The notes: generated from the letters alone by a model not told the origin. 64,000 nucleotides of DNA from an uncultured bacterium (GCA_965541585.1 CBEUCH010000013.1:32001-96000), one strand, 5' to 3'; counted from the first letter of the stretch, positions 43,743-53,874 are shown. Numbers and translations are program-made.

Positions 43743-45704
43743 CTAAAACGCTCTTTTTAGGATCTTTCCCCGTCTGCGAATTACGGCAATCGTGCCGGTA
43801 GCCATCAACAATAGCGCCATGATTATCATTCCCCATTCGGTGATAGTGGGAATCGACGGTTCAAATAAAGTCGTCTCTGAACTCGAACGGCCATAGTCGG
43901 TTTCGATATCATCGTCGTTTCGAGCCTTAGCCCGGAAGGAGTACTCGGTTTGAGGGGTGAGCCCCTGTACCGTGGTCGTGCCCCACTGGCTGTCCGTCTG
44001 CCATACTTCGGAGTTGGAGGGGTTACCGGAAGCGTTGACGAACCTGTGGTCCCATTCCGGGTCGGAGGTTGCGCAGGTAACCGCAAAAGCCGTGTTACTC
44101 GGGTTGGGTCCCGGGTGGACGTTCAGGTCGATCGTTGTCGACGTTACATTCGTGAGTTCCGGGGCTCCCGGTATGTCTGCCAGAGTGTAAGCGTTGGCGA
44201 TGGACGAATACGCCGTTTCGTTGCGGGGCTGGCCGTTATCGCGTGCCCGGCAGCGGTATCTGTACTCTGTGTTTGGAGTGAGACCATTATCTATATAGGT
44301 TCGCGACCCCCAGCCACTATCGGTACCTCCCGGCCCACCTGAGTAGAAGTCGAACTGGTATTGAATTGGAGGCGTGTCATCGCTTGCCAAGGTCGCCGTC
44401 ATGGTGATGGATATCGAGTTGGCTGCCGACGGCCGCGATTCGAATGTCATCGGATCGGGGCTCGGCGGCGTAAAATCCAGCGTGGCATAAATCGCCCTTA
44501 TTCCGTTGATGTCATCTTGCGCCAGACCGTCATATGGGGAATAATACGCCCAATACATCACGGCGTTAGGATCAGCTGAGTGTCCCAATCCCAGGGAATG
44601 ACCGCACTCATGAAGCGCGATGGAGTACATATCGACACCGTATCCGACTCGCCAGAACTCACTGTCGTCGAAATGTATATCGCCGGCTATAGGTTCGGGA
44701 TTCGGGTTGGCGGGAAAGAAAGCGTGGGCCAGAACACCGCCGGGACCGTCAAAAGGAGAACCGTCGCCGTGGGAGTAGGTGGCAAAGAGACAGTCAAATG
44801 AGGCATTTAGCCCCGGGCTTGAGGTCTCCGTGAAATATAGTTGAACGTGGTCAGCCCATTCGGTGATACCTTCAGCTATCTCGATTTGCTCTATATCGCC
44901 CGCTATGTCCGGCGTTCCATTGACGAAGTAGTATGTCAAAGAGGCGGAACCTTGACCGGGGCCGTCCCAACCCTGATGAACGATGACGTAGTTGGCAACG
45001 TGCCCGTACTTGGTCATGGGACCAGGACAGAAATATACCTGCCGGCCTGTCTTCAGAGCCTCCGATGCCGGGATGATCCAGGCCACTGCATCTTTTGCCA
45101 CAATTTTCTCCACGTCCGTGGCGCTTAGCATCGTAACTGCCATAAAATCAGGCAAACCCGGATTGTCGATCGCAGTGGCAGCTAACTCACCGAGAATGCT
45201 CGTAATCTCAGCAGGCGCCACATCGGAGAAGAACTCGATTACTACAGCGATGCGCTCATCGGGATGTTCCTTCATAAGCCGGGCTACCGTGTCGCTTATT
45301 TTGTCTGAAGCGTTCAGCAAGCCGAGCCAGCGAATAGACGGATGATTCTCAATCGAAAAGTCCCTCGGCACCGATACCTCAAGAGCATTGGTGGGAATGT
45401 AGTGCAGGACGGAAACTCCATCGGCCGCAAGCGCTTGCAATGCCGACTCTTCCGGCTCCCCCTGGAATTGAATAATGGCGTGATACCTGCGAACAGCCTG
45501 ATCGTCCCGGATCGCCATTACAGATTCGTCGAAACCCGGCTCAGGAACAAACTGGCGAGACCTCAACAAAATGGCGTCGGGATTGCCCGCGATCGCCACC
45601 GTGATGCCGCCGGTTGAAGGATCGTTTACTGCCTGTTGATCGCCTCTCGCGACCGTCCACGACACAAGCAGGCATGATAGAATCAGGAATAATCGCTTAA
45701 TCAT
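43743..45704 (-). CDS. Matrixin (M10) zinc metalloprotease with long prodomain, two FN3-like domains and IPTL-CTERM
   Basis: HGDGSPFDGPGGVLAHAFFP, GDIHFDDSEFW, HECGHSLGLGH, Met-turn AVMY. LTPNTEYRYRCRA and LTPQTEYSFRAKA FN3 motifs. C-terminal IPTITEWG-TM-RRR. Confidence 0.9.
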   Translation of the reverse strand: MIKRLFLILSCLLVSWTVARGDQQAVNDPSTGGITVAIAGNPDAILLRSRQFVPEPGFDESVMAIRDDQAVRRYHAIIQFQGEPEESALQALAADGVSVLHYIPTNALEVSVPRDFSIENHPSIRWLGLLNASDKISDTVARLMKEHPDERIAVVIEFFSDVAPAEITSILGELAATAIDNPGLPDFMAVTMLSATDVEKIVAKDAVAWIIPASEALKTGRQVYFCPGPMTKYGHVANYVIVHQGWDGPGQGSASLTYYFVNGTPDIAGDIEQIEIAEGITEWADHVQLYFTETSSPGLNASFDCLFATYSHGDGSPFDGPGGVLAHAFFPANPNPEPIAGDIHFDDSEFWRVGYGVDMYSIALHECGHSLGLGHSADPNAVMYWAYYSPYDGLAQDDINGIRAIYATLDFTPPSPDPMTFESRPSAANSISITMTATLASDDTPPIQYQFDFYSGGPGGTDSGWGSRTYIDNGLTPNTEYRYRCRARDNGQPRNETAYSSIANAYTLADIPGAPELTNVTSTTIDLNVHPGPNPSNTAFAVTCATSDPEWDHRFVNASGNPSNSEVWQTDSQWGTTTVQGLTPQTEYSFRAKARNDDDIETDYGRSSSETTLFEPSIPTITEWGMIIMALLLMATGTIAVIRRRGKILKRAF

Positions 45705-45803
45705 CGCATCCCCCGAGTCTTATTATTTATCGATTTGGTTGTTTTCTCAGGCAATTGTATTACCTCTTATTGGCCCCAGCCAGAAGCAAAGTATGCATTT
45801 GAC

Positions 45804-45831
45804 ATTATACCAGGATTCTGCAGATAATCAA
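45804..45831 (-). promoter_or_regulatory. Putative promoter of the matrixin gene
   Basis: Minus strand TTGATT-16 bp-TATAAT with extended -10 TG. Confidence 0.45.
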
Positions 45832-46113
45832 GCGTATTTAATGATATGGACAGAGATATTTTGCAGGCAGGAAGGGTTAGCCCTGGAGTCCGAGAAATTA
45901 CGAGAGTGATTATGGAGTTGGTGTGAAATTATTCGCACCCATGCCGATTTTAGAATATGTAAACGCACAAACCAAAGTGGCAGGATTTCCAGATCAGGAA
46001 AAGAATTCAGTGAAAATTAATGCAAAATCGAGTTGTTTGCATAATATCAACTATACTTAACATTTCCCGCACCTGGATAATAATTAATAATGAAAAAAAA
46101 ACGGGTAATTTAC

Positions 46114-46142
46114 TTGACAAACTTTGTGACTGGGCTTATATT
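46114..46142 (+). promoter_or_regulatory. Putative sigma70-type promoter of the 1406-aa gene
   Basis: TTGACA-17 bp-TATATT with an upstream A-tract. Confidence 0.55.
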
Positions 46143-46456
46143 TATGGCGTTCGGGTTCACCGATGGTGGGCCGGGATTGTTGACAATTGCGGGGAAAGAG
46201 TATGATTCCCGCACAGTGCTTCGGCTCGGGGGATCTTCCCCACATGTATTGATAGTAGTTGACGCAAAAGACATCAGAAACATTCAGTTCTTTTAACTTT
46301 AAACCGTCTGAAAAGGAGGTGGTTCGTAGAAGCAAACCTTCGTGGATTGTTTATGGATTAAGTGTTAACGAACTTCAGGAAACCAGGAAGTACGTAACGA
46401 ATCGAAGGAAATTTTGGACTTATTAAAAACGTTTTTAAAGAGAGAGAGAAATTGAT

Positions 46457-49400
46457 ATGAGAAAACTCTTTCTGTGGACTTTCGTCCTGACGTTGCTCTG
46501 TTGTTGGTCGTTTGCGATTGCCGACACAGGGCCGACAGGCAATTTAACATCATCTCAGGCTCCCGAAGTTCAGGCAGCTCCGAAGTCGGACGTTGATCTG
46601 GAAGCCGCCAGGCAGCAGAAGGAAGCTCTCAGGCAGGAAATGCTCTCCGAACAGGAGCAGATTATTGCTGAGGGAATCCAGGGCAGGCAGAGCATGGGCG
46701 ACATGCCGACTGCTCAGAATACGCCTGTAGTTGATCTTGCCGCGTTGGAGCTGAAGGAAGCCGCCGCGCTGGAGATGCTTGCCCAGAGGGAATTGCATGA
46801 AACGCTGGTTGGAGATGCTTCACACATCGCCACTCTCGGCCCAAGAACGCCGGGAGAGGATCTGATCCTCGTGGAAGTGTGTCCGCTGGGCTGGACTATA
46901 TTCGGTCAGGACCCCGAACCTACCGATGGTGCGTGGGCGTTCAATACCAGCGATATCGATGCCCCGGACCCAAGGCCGGACGGCTTCTACAAGGTCTACG
47001 ACAACTTCTGGGGTGTCGATGAGCCGATCTGCGATCTCCACTTTTGGGGTCTCGACATGTACTTCGACGCCGGTTGGTTCGATTGCGACGAACCGGACCC
47101 GCCATGGGATATCGAAATCATCTTCTACCCTGATGACGGTTCTGGAGCCCCGAATGTTGGCAGTCCGTCATTCACCTATACTCCGGTGATAACCAGAACT
47201 CTCACCGGTGAGTTCTACGCCGGCTTATACGAAATGAACCGCTACGACTGTATACTCGATCCCTGTTTCGACTTATTGACAGACGGTTGGCTATCTATCC
47301 AAGGCACCGACCTCGACGGTTCTCCTCAGAATTGCTGGTTTATGTGGGCCAATAACCGGAATGGCGACGGCAGTGCCTACCAGCAGCAGACAACGGATCC
47401 CAACGTTCTGACTCAGTTGGGTATGGACCAGGCCTTCTGCCTGACCAGGGCGGAATATCAGCCGGTCACCGGCGCCTGCTGTGACGATGAAACGGGTGTC
47501 TGTAATGACGATGTCGATGTATCTGATTGCCCGCCGCCGTTGCGCTTTGCAGAGGGTACGCTGTGCGCGGATCTGGATCCGCAATGCGGTGATACCGGCC
47601 CGCCGAATGACGACTGCGCCGATGCCATAGAGATCGGCGAAGTGGTAGACCTGCCATTCGACAATATCGATGCTACCACCGACGGCCCTGATGAGCCTGT
47701 CGATTGCTCATGGTTCGGCTACACCCATATAGATTCCGATGTCTGGTATCGCTACACGGCTTCCTGTGACGCTGACGTCACGGTCAGCCTGTGTGGATCC
47801 GCTTACGATACGAAGATTGCGGTTTACACCGACCAGGAATGTCCTCCTCAGCCCGGTCCGATCACCTGCAACGATGACGATTGCGGGCTGCAGTCGCAGG
47901 TTACTTTCGCGGCTTCGGCGGGCACGGCCTACCTGGTTCGTATCGGCGGCTACGAGGGCGCCCAGGGAGCAGGAATCTTGAACATTTCCTGCGATATTCC
48001 TGATCCTTGCGAGAATGCGATCTGGCATAACGGCAACCCGCTCGGTGGCGCTAGCGCCTCTCAGTGCGCTTATGACTATCCGTTCGCGGCTGCAGTAGCC
48101 GACGACTTCATATTGGAAGGCGCCGAGCCGATCACCATCAATCAGGTTGTGGCCTGGATATGGGGCTGGAATGCCGCTTTTCCGACTCCTGCTGATTATG
48201 ATGGCGTCAACGTTACCATATACAACCATGACCCGGTGAACAACTGGCCCGGCGGCAATCCGATCGACGGCGATCCCGATTGCGGCCATACAGGCGATAT
48301 CGTCGCTACTCAGTATGTTCCTGCCGGTAGCTTCTCTTACACCGATGCCGGACATCCGATGTACAGGCTCGATATCCCTGTCTGCATAGAGGTCGAGCCG
48401 AATACCATACTCTGGCTGGAAGTTCAGCCGGTAGTGGCGTTCGGTGTGGGCGGACAGACCGGAATGGTCCCATCTGATATTCAGCAGGGATTCTTCGGAC
48501 ACCAGGTCTTCGAGCTGCTCGGAACTCCGCCATGGGAGGCGCAGGATACCGATTACGCGTTCTGCCTGTTAGCGGGCGAATGCGAGGTAGTCTGTCCGGA
48601 AGACGAGATCACGGTCGACATCTTTACCGATTCTTATGGCAGCGAGACCACCTGGGAAATAGTCGACCAGGCTACTCAGGAAGTTGTCTGCTCCGGTGGA
48701 CCTTACACCGGTCAGAATAACGAGCAGATTAGCGAGACCTGCTGCGTTTCCGCCGACGGCTGCTACGATTTCACCATCTATGACCTATACGGCGACGGCA
48801 TCTGCTGCCTCTACGGCGACGGTCACTACGAAGTGTACCTCAACGGTGTGTTGCAGGGAGAAGGCGGCGAGTTCGAGTATGAGGAATCCATCCTCGGTAT
48901 CGGTAACGGATGCGCCCCTTGCATTGTGGACTGCCCCGAACCGAGCACACCCGAAGGCGAGCCTGATTGCGGGCCTGAATATGTGGACGTAACCAACGGC
49001 GGTTGTAACTCCGAGCCCCCTGTGTTCGGATCGATCTCCTGCGGCGAGACCATTTGTGGTACGGCCGGCGTCTTCCCGTCAGGTGAAAACACCTATCGTG
49101 ACACCGACTGGTACACACTCATACTGGACAACCCGACACGGGTGACCATTACCGCTATGGCCGAGTTCGAGATACAAGTTCTGATGTTAACTCCGGCCGA
49201 TCCGCCCGAGCCATGCCCATCATCAAGTTCAGGGCTGCCGTCGGGAACAGCGGAAGAATGCGTAGAGCTCGTCCTTGTCGGCGATGTCGACGCTGGAACT
49301 TACTATATCTGGGCCGGTACCGCGGATTGGAACACCGAATGGGAGTGCGGTAGCGTTTACTACCTAACCGTGGAATGCTCGGAACCTCCATTAGGCGCCT

Positions 49401-50677
49401 GCTGTAATGCGGACTTAGAGTGCATCGGTGACTTGAACGTCTTCGAATGCTCTGCGCAGGGTGGCGGCTGGTTCGAAGGTGAAACATGCGCCGATTTCGA
49501 ATGCGTCCTCTTTGAGCAGGTTTGCGCAGCGGAAACCGGCAATATGAAAGAATGCGATGTTTCCAACTACGGCGCCTTAGGTGATTTCGACAATGGTGGC
49601 CTGAGCTATGACTGGAACGAAACCGGCGATGCCAACTACGGTGGTACTTTCATGCTTGGTAACTCGGCTACGACAATGCTGCTGAAATACGGCACCGGTG
49701 TGGACAACAATCCGTTCATTCCGGCCGGCTTCCTCAACTGTCTTGACACATACCATCCGAGTGCCGCGTACGATGATGGCGGCGTCTACAATGGCCTGCG
49801 CGTTGATTACGCTGGCTGCGGATTCTTACCGCCTGAGGAAGAGGATATCTTCATTCACGAGTTCGTGATCACCAACACTTCAGGCACTGACATCAACGGC
49901 CTGTATGCGGCCGTCTTCTTCGATTGGGACATCGGAGCCGGCGCCGCAGACACTGTGGAGTTCGACGCAGCTAACAACCTTCTCATTCAATATCCACGTC
50001 CTCCGGGGGAAGGCACGTATTACGGCATAAGCCTTCTGACAGAGTCGTTCAACACCCTTATGATCGTTTCGCAGCCCAATTACAGTTGGCCTCAATCCGG
50101 CTGGCACGGGGAATCGCTGTATACCTATATGAGCATGGGTGGTACTCAGTATCCTTTTGACCCGCCTGAGCAAGATATGGGTTCGCTTGTCAGCCTGGGT
50201 CCGTTCGACCTGACTGCTGCCGGAGCGACACAGTCCAAGACGGTGGCATTCGCCATTATCGGCGGTGCTTCTGCGGCGGACGTTTCCGATAGAGCGGCCC
50301 TGGCGCCTACTCTATACCCATGCCTGGAAGGCGACTGCGTCTACGTGCCTGGTGACAGTGACGAAAACGACACTGCGCGTGAGCTTACGGACGTTGTCAA
50401 GATGATCGCGTACTATAGAGGCTTTGATACGCCTGGATATGTCTGCTATTGCACGGAGGATCTCCCTGAGTATAAGCCTTCGGCCGATGTGGACGGAAAC
50501 TGCGTTAGCTTTGAGCTTACCGACGTCGTCAAGTCGATCGCGGCCTACAGAGGCCCCGAACCGCTTGCCGGCTGTCCGGATTGCCCTGGTTCGCGCTTAG
50601 GTGCTCCGGGAGAAGGAACGCTCATAGTACCGTCATTAAAGTCAAAAGCCAAGATTAACCAGAGGTTTGGGGATTAA
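46457..50677 (+). CDS. Large secreted acidic Cys-rich multidomain protein with C-terminal dockerin
   Basis: Signal peptide. Helical N-segment. GACC Cys modules. PPNDDCADAI beta-sandwich. TDSYGSETTW..YGDGICC module. GDSDENDTARELTD...ADVDGNCVSFELTD dockerin. No catalytic motif recognised, no CTD. Confidence 0.8.
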   Translation: MRKLFLWTFVLTLLCCWSFAIADTGPTGNLTSSQAPEVQAAPKSDVDLEAARQQKEALRQEMLSEQEQIIAEGIQGRQSMGDMPTAQNTPVVDLAALELKEAAALEMLAQRELHETLVGDASHIATLGPRTPGEDLILVEVCPLGWTIFGQDPEPTDGAWAFNTSDIDAPDPRPDGFYKVYDNFWGVDEPICDLHFWGLDMYFDAGWFDCDEPDPPWDIEIIFYPDDGSGAPNVGSPSFTYTPVITRTLTGEFYAGLYEMNRYDCILDPCFDLLTDGWLSIQGTDLDGSPQNCWFMWANNRNGDGSAYQQQTTDPNVLTQLGMDQAFCLTRAEYQPVTGACCDDETGVCNDDVDVSDCPPPLRFAEGTLCADLDPQCGDTGPPNDDCADAIEIGEVVDLPFDNIDATTDGPDEPVDCSWFGYTHIDSDVWYRYTASCDADVTVSLCGSAYDTKIAVYTDQECPPQPGPITCNDDDCGLQSQVTFAASAGTAYLVRIGGYEGAQGAGILNISCDIPDPCENAIWHNGNPLGGASASQCAYDYPFAAAVADDFILEGAEPITINQVVAWIWGWNAAFPTPADYDGVNVTIYNHDPVNNWPGGNPIDGDPDCGHTGDIVATQYVPAGSFSYTDAGHPMYRLDIPVCIEVEPNTILWLEVQPVVAFGVGGQTGMVPSDIQQGFFGHQVFELLGTPPWEAQDTDYAFCLLAGECEVVCPEDEITVDIFTDSYGSETTWEIVDQATQEVVCSGGPYTGQNNEQISETCCVSADGCYDFTIYDLYGDGICCLYGDGHYEVYLNGVLQGEGGEFEYEESILGIGNGCAPCIVDCPEPSTPEGEPDCGPEYVDVTNGGCNSEPPVFGSISCGETICGTAGVFPSGENTYRDTDWYTLILDNPTRVTITAMAEFEIQVLMLTPADPPEPCPSSSSGLPSGTAEECVELVLVGDVDAGTYYIWAGTADWNTEWECGSVYYLTVECSEPPLGACCNADLECIGDLNVFECSAQGGGWFEGETCADFECVLFEQVCAAETGNMKECDVSNYGALGDFDNGGLSYDWNETGDANYGGTFMLGNSATTMLLKYGTGVDNNPFIPAGFLNCLDTYHPSAAYDDGGVYNGLRVDYAGCGFLPPEEEDIFIHEFVITNTSGTDINGLYAAVFFDWDIGAGAADTVEFDAANNLLIQYPRPPGEGTYYGISLLTESFNTLMIVSQPNYSWPQSGWHGESLYTYMSMGGTQYPFDPPEQDMGSLVSLGPFDLTAAGATQSKTVAFAIIGGASAADVSDRAALAPTLYPCLEGDCVYVPGDSDENDTARELTDVVKMIAYYRGFDTPGYVCYCTEDLPEYKPSADVDGNCVSFELTDVVKSIAAYRGPEPLAGCPDCPGSRLGAPGEGTLIVPSLKSKAKINQRFGD

Positions 50678-50741
50678 GTAATCCGTTGACATACTGAGTT
50701 AGTCTCGACTTGAGGCTACAGTCCTACTGATCTGTAGGACG

Positions 50742-50776
50742 AGAATCGGGGTCTTCAAAGACCCCGATTCTTTTTT
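50742..50776 (+). terminator. Rho-independent terminator
   Basis: AGAATCGGGGTCT-TCAA-AGACCCCGATTCT-TTTTT, preceded by two small hairpins at 50701-50740. Confidence 0.85.
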
Positions 50777-50956
50777 GATATCTGAAATCACCATGCCAAT
50801 CTGGCAGTATGGTGACAGGCAAATGACCTGACTGCATTTTTAATCTATTATATTACAAGAAGTTATAGTTTTTTAATTGACTTTTGTCAGTAATTCTGTT
50901 AATATAATAGTCTATTTTATGGATCGATTTCTTAGACTGCCAAAGCTTTAGGGGAT

Positions 50957-53125
50957 ATGATGTTAGGAGTAATTGATAACAAATTCGTGATAGGCCGGGA
51001 CGAGTTTTTCCCGTTTTCGGCGGAGATGCACTATTTCCGGGTGGAGAAGCGCTATTGGTCGATCTGCTTCGAGAGGATCAAGAAAGCCGGATTCAAAATC
51101 ATATCGACATACATTCCCTGGAATCTTCATGAGCAGAAACCCGGGGAATTCGATTTCAGAGGCTACACCGGTCCGGAGAAGGATCTGATCGTATTTCTGG
51201 AACTCTCCCGGGAGTTTGGATTTAAGGTCATTCTGAAGCCGGGGCCGTGGATTAAGGCCGAATGGAATAACGGCGGGCTTCCAAAATATCTTTTTTTTGA
51301 TGAGGCGATTGTGGCCCGGGATAATCAGGGAGAGTTGGTCTCTGCCGACAACGGTCCGGGTATCGCGGACAGTTATCAGCCGAGTTACCTGCACCCCAAA
51401 TATCTCGGCCACGTGAAGAGGTATCTGGGGGGGCTTATAGACGTCATACAGAATTACATATTTCCCAAAGGGCCTGTATTCATCATCCAGATTGACGATG
51501 AATTGAGCTTCGGGGGCAATCTCCAACCGCTGGCCGCCGACTACAATAACCTTATCATAACGGAGAGTTACCATTCTTTTCTGGAGGAGAAATATCAGAA
51601 TCCCAGGAGCATTCCGCCGGCGTATGGGAAGAAAATAAGACGCTTTCCGGGTATCGAGCCTCCCTTATCCATCGAGGCGAAAAAACCTGAGGACCTGGTT
51701 AAATATTTCGACTGGATAGAATTCAAAAGTTCACTTCTGGCCGGTTATGTGGAGAATATAAGGGAAAGGCTGGAGGCCCTGGGAGTGGGATGCTTTTTCT
51801 CGGTCAATGTGCCCTGGACCAATGATTTCGGACTGCCATTGTTCATGGACTCGATGCTCGGGGAAAAGACGATTCTGGGCATGCCCGTTCCCGATCCCAG
51901 CGACTATTGCAGATTGGGGCGGAATATTCGTTACCTGGATAGCAAGACAGGTTTCTGCTGGACGCCAAATCTCTACGGCGGAGCCCCCACAGACGGGGAT
52001 GGCGTTCTCGAAGAGCGAGCTTTTGCCGTAAATCCACGTTACCACCGCTACTTGATTGTCAGCGCGCTGGCGGCCGGCCTGAAGGGGATGAACCACTATA
52101 TGTTTGTGGGTCGCGATCACTGGCACGGTTCACCGCTCGGTTCCGACGGCACCGTCAACGAAAATTACGATACTATCAGAAAGATGAACACCGCCCTGGA
52201 GCATATCGGTATCAACACCGCAAAATCGGTTTCGAGGATAGGGATAGCCTATCATAAGCCGTATCTCATCCAGCACCACCTGGGCATTAAGGAACAATTC
52301 CCATATGTTCTCGATCTGGTATCGCAGAGTCTCAATCCCTTAGGGCAGGATTTCATGAATCTCAAATTCGATTACTCCGTCGTCGACATCGATTCTGAGA
52401 ATTCATTAGACGAAAAGGACCTTTATTTCGTACCGACGGCGGAATATATGGCCGAGGCGGCTCAGAATAATGTCGCGAAAGCTATAAAACGTGGCAGGTG
52501 CGTGGTGCTGTTCGGACTGATGCCGAAATACAACGAACATTTCAAGGCCTGCCGGATTCTCTCGAGGGCCGTGGGATTGAATACCGCTTTCGATTGGCAA
52601 CCGTGCAATATCGTCTGGGACAAAACCGAGATTCGGGCCATTAGATATGGCTATATATCATCGAAGGGATCAGGTAAAGTGCTGGCGAAAAGCGGCGCCA
52701 AGGTAACGGGTATTTATAAGAAAGTGGGCAAAGGATCGGTTTATCTCTTTACTTTCGATATTTCGCCTAAATACGATCCGGTCAGATTGAATCTGTTGCG
52801 GTCATTGTTCAAAGCCCAGAAGATCACCTCGCCGGTGGCGACGTCCGATCCCAAGGTCGATCTCATAGCACAGGTGAACGATAATGGTGTAATCCTCTAC
52901 CTGATCAACACCGATATCACGTTTACCTCTCCCGGCAGCGATTTTAAGAAGAAGATAGTGGCCTCGGTGGATCTCCATGCACTGGGGATAAAGCAGGCCA
53001 AAATTAAGATGTACGACGTCCTGGACGACGAGATCTTGAACTTCACCTCCAGAGAATTGAGGGAGGGCGTGGTCTTCCCGATCGGTTTCCGCGAGGCTAA
53101 GATATTTTACGTACCGAAGAAGTAG
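50957..53125 (+). CDS. GH35/GH42-like glycoside hydrolase-fold protein, no signal peptide
   Basis: SAEMHYFRV, STYIPWNLHE..PGEFDF, KPGPWIKAEW.NGGLP, GPVFIIQIDDE, NHYMFVG. Trimerisation-like C-terminal domain. Confidence 0.85.
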   Translation: MMLGVIDNKFVIGRDEFFPFSAEMHYFRVEKRYWSICFERIKKAGFKIISTYIPWNLHEQKPGEFDFRGYTGPEKDLIVFLELSREFGFKVILKPGPWIKAEWNNGGLPKYLFFDEAIVARDNQGELVSADNGPGIADSYQPSYLHPKYLGHVKRYLGGLIDVIQNYIFPKGPVFIIQIDDELSFGGNLQPLAADYNNLIITESYHSFLEEKYQNPRSIPPAYGKKIRRFPGIEPPLSIEAKKPEDLVKYFDWIEFKSSLLAGYVENIRERLEALGVGCFFSVNVPWTNDFGLPLFMDSMLGEKTILGMPVPDPSDYCRLGRNIRYLDSKTGFCWTPNLYGGAPTDGDGVLEERAFAVNPRYHRYLIVSALAAGLKGMNHYMFVGRDHWHGSPLGSDGTVNENYDTIRKMNTALEHIGINTAKSVSRIGIAYHKPYLIQHHLGIKEQFPYVLDLVSQSLNPLGQDFMNLKFDYSVVDIDSENSLDEKDLYFVPTAEYMAEAAQNNVAKAIKRGRCVVLFGLMPKYNEHFKACRILSRAVGLNTAFDWQPCNIVWDKTEIRAIRYGYISSKGSGKVLAKSGAKVTGIYKKVGKGSVYLFTFDISPKYDPVRLNLLRSLFKAQKITSPVATSDPKVDLIAQVNDNGVILYLINTDITFTSPGSDFKKKIVASVDLHALGIKQAKIKMYDVLDDEILNFTSRELREGVVFPIGFREAKIFYVPKK

Positions 53126-53232
53126 GGCGGGAGCCCTGCGCTCCCGACAACCTGTTTAACGTGCGGTAAGGTGGCCTCACCTGACCGCCCTTTAGGTTGC
53201 TGCAAGTAGCTGTCGGATCAGGCGACCCAACA
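53122..53232. repeat. Cluster of three REP-like palindromes between convergent genes
   Basis: GTAGGGCGGGAGCCCTGCGCTCCCGAC; GCGGTAAGGTGGCCTCACCTGACCGC; TGTCGGATCAGGCGACCCAACA. Confidence 0.55.
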
Positions 53233-53277
53233 ACACAGAAATCCAGCCATTGATGAAGACAATCTCTATTGTTGAAA

Positions 53278-53874
53278 TTATTTGCGAAAATGGACCAAAA
53301 GCAAGTAGAGAAGTGTAGACACTAATACTAAGGCAAACAATGCAAGATTAACAAATATCAGAATGGAATCCCATGACGAGTTGGAGAGTTCGCTAATGAT
53401 CTTAACAGTGGTCAGAGATAGCAGCATAATGGGGAAAACCAGTCTATATATCTGTGTCACGAATTTCAAGAAAAGAGGATAGTTCTTTTTGTATGCATAA
53501 CCTTCTCTCGTATATACACCACTTGTGAAGTGAGTCGATAACTCATCCTCCAACGAATGGATGTATTTGTACTGACGCTCAATGTAAGCAGTCGCCTGAT
53601 AATACGCCACCACAAGGGCGAGTAACCCGAACCAGATAATGCTGGTCACAAATGACATGTTAAGTGTGGCGTCTGTTCCAATCTTATCCTTTATAAGTTC
53701 TGATATCGCTTGGCCAAATTCTATTGGAGAGAACAGTTGAAATGCCATAATCGAGAGCAGAATTAGAATATAAACAAGGAGCCTACCCCTTTGCTTCCTA
53801 TGATTCTCAAGATGACTGAAGCTGTCCTTATAGTGGTCGTGGAGAATTTGAATCTTAGTGTTTTCGTCCGGCAT
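53278..53874 (-). CDS. Four-TM membrane protein, putative effector paired with the TIR gene
   Basis: Four hydrophobic segments. HYK..R..R, W....Y..IH.LE.L pattern. 14 bp downstream of the TIR gene. AT-richer than neighbours by eye. Confidence 0.7.
   Translation of the reverse strand: MPDENTKIQILHDHYKDSFSHLENHRKQRGRLLVYILILLSIMAFQLFSPIEFGQAISELIKDKIGTDATLNMSFVTSIIWFGLLALVVAYYQATAYIERQYKYIHSLEDELSTHFTSGVYTREGYAYKKNYPLFLKFVTQIYRLVFPIMLLSLTTVKIISELSNSSWDSILIFVNLALFALVLVSTLLYLLLVHFRK

Noticed and set aside
46180..46206. Second promoter TTGACA...TATGAT
   Set aside because: The spacer is only 15 bp and it lies within a probable leader hairpin.
46020..46335. Short ORFs 46020-46205, 46090-46296 and 46084-46335
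   Set aside because: No good RBS, they overlap promoter elements, and no motifs were recognised.
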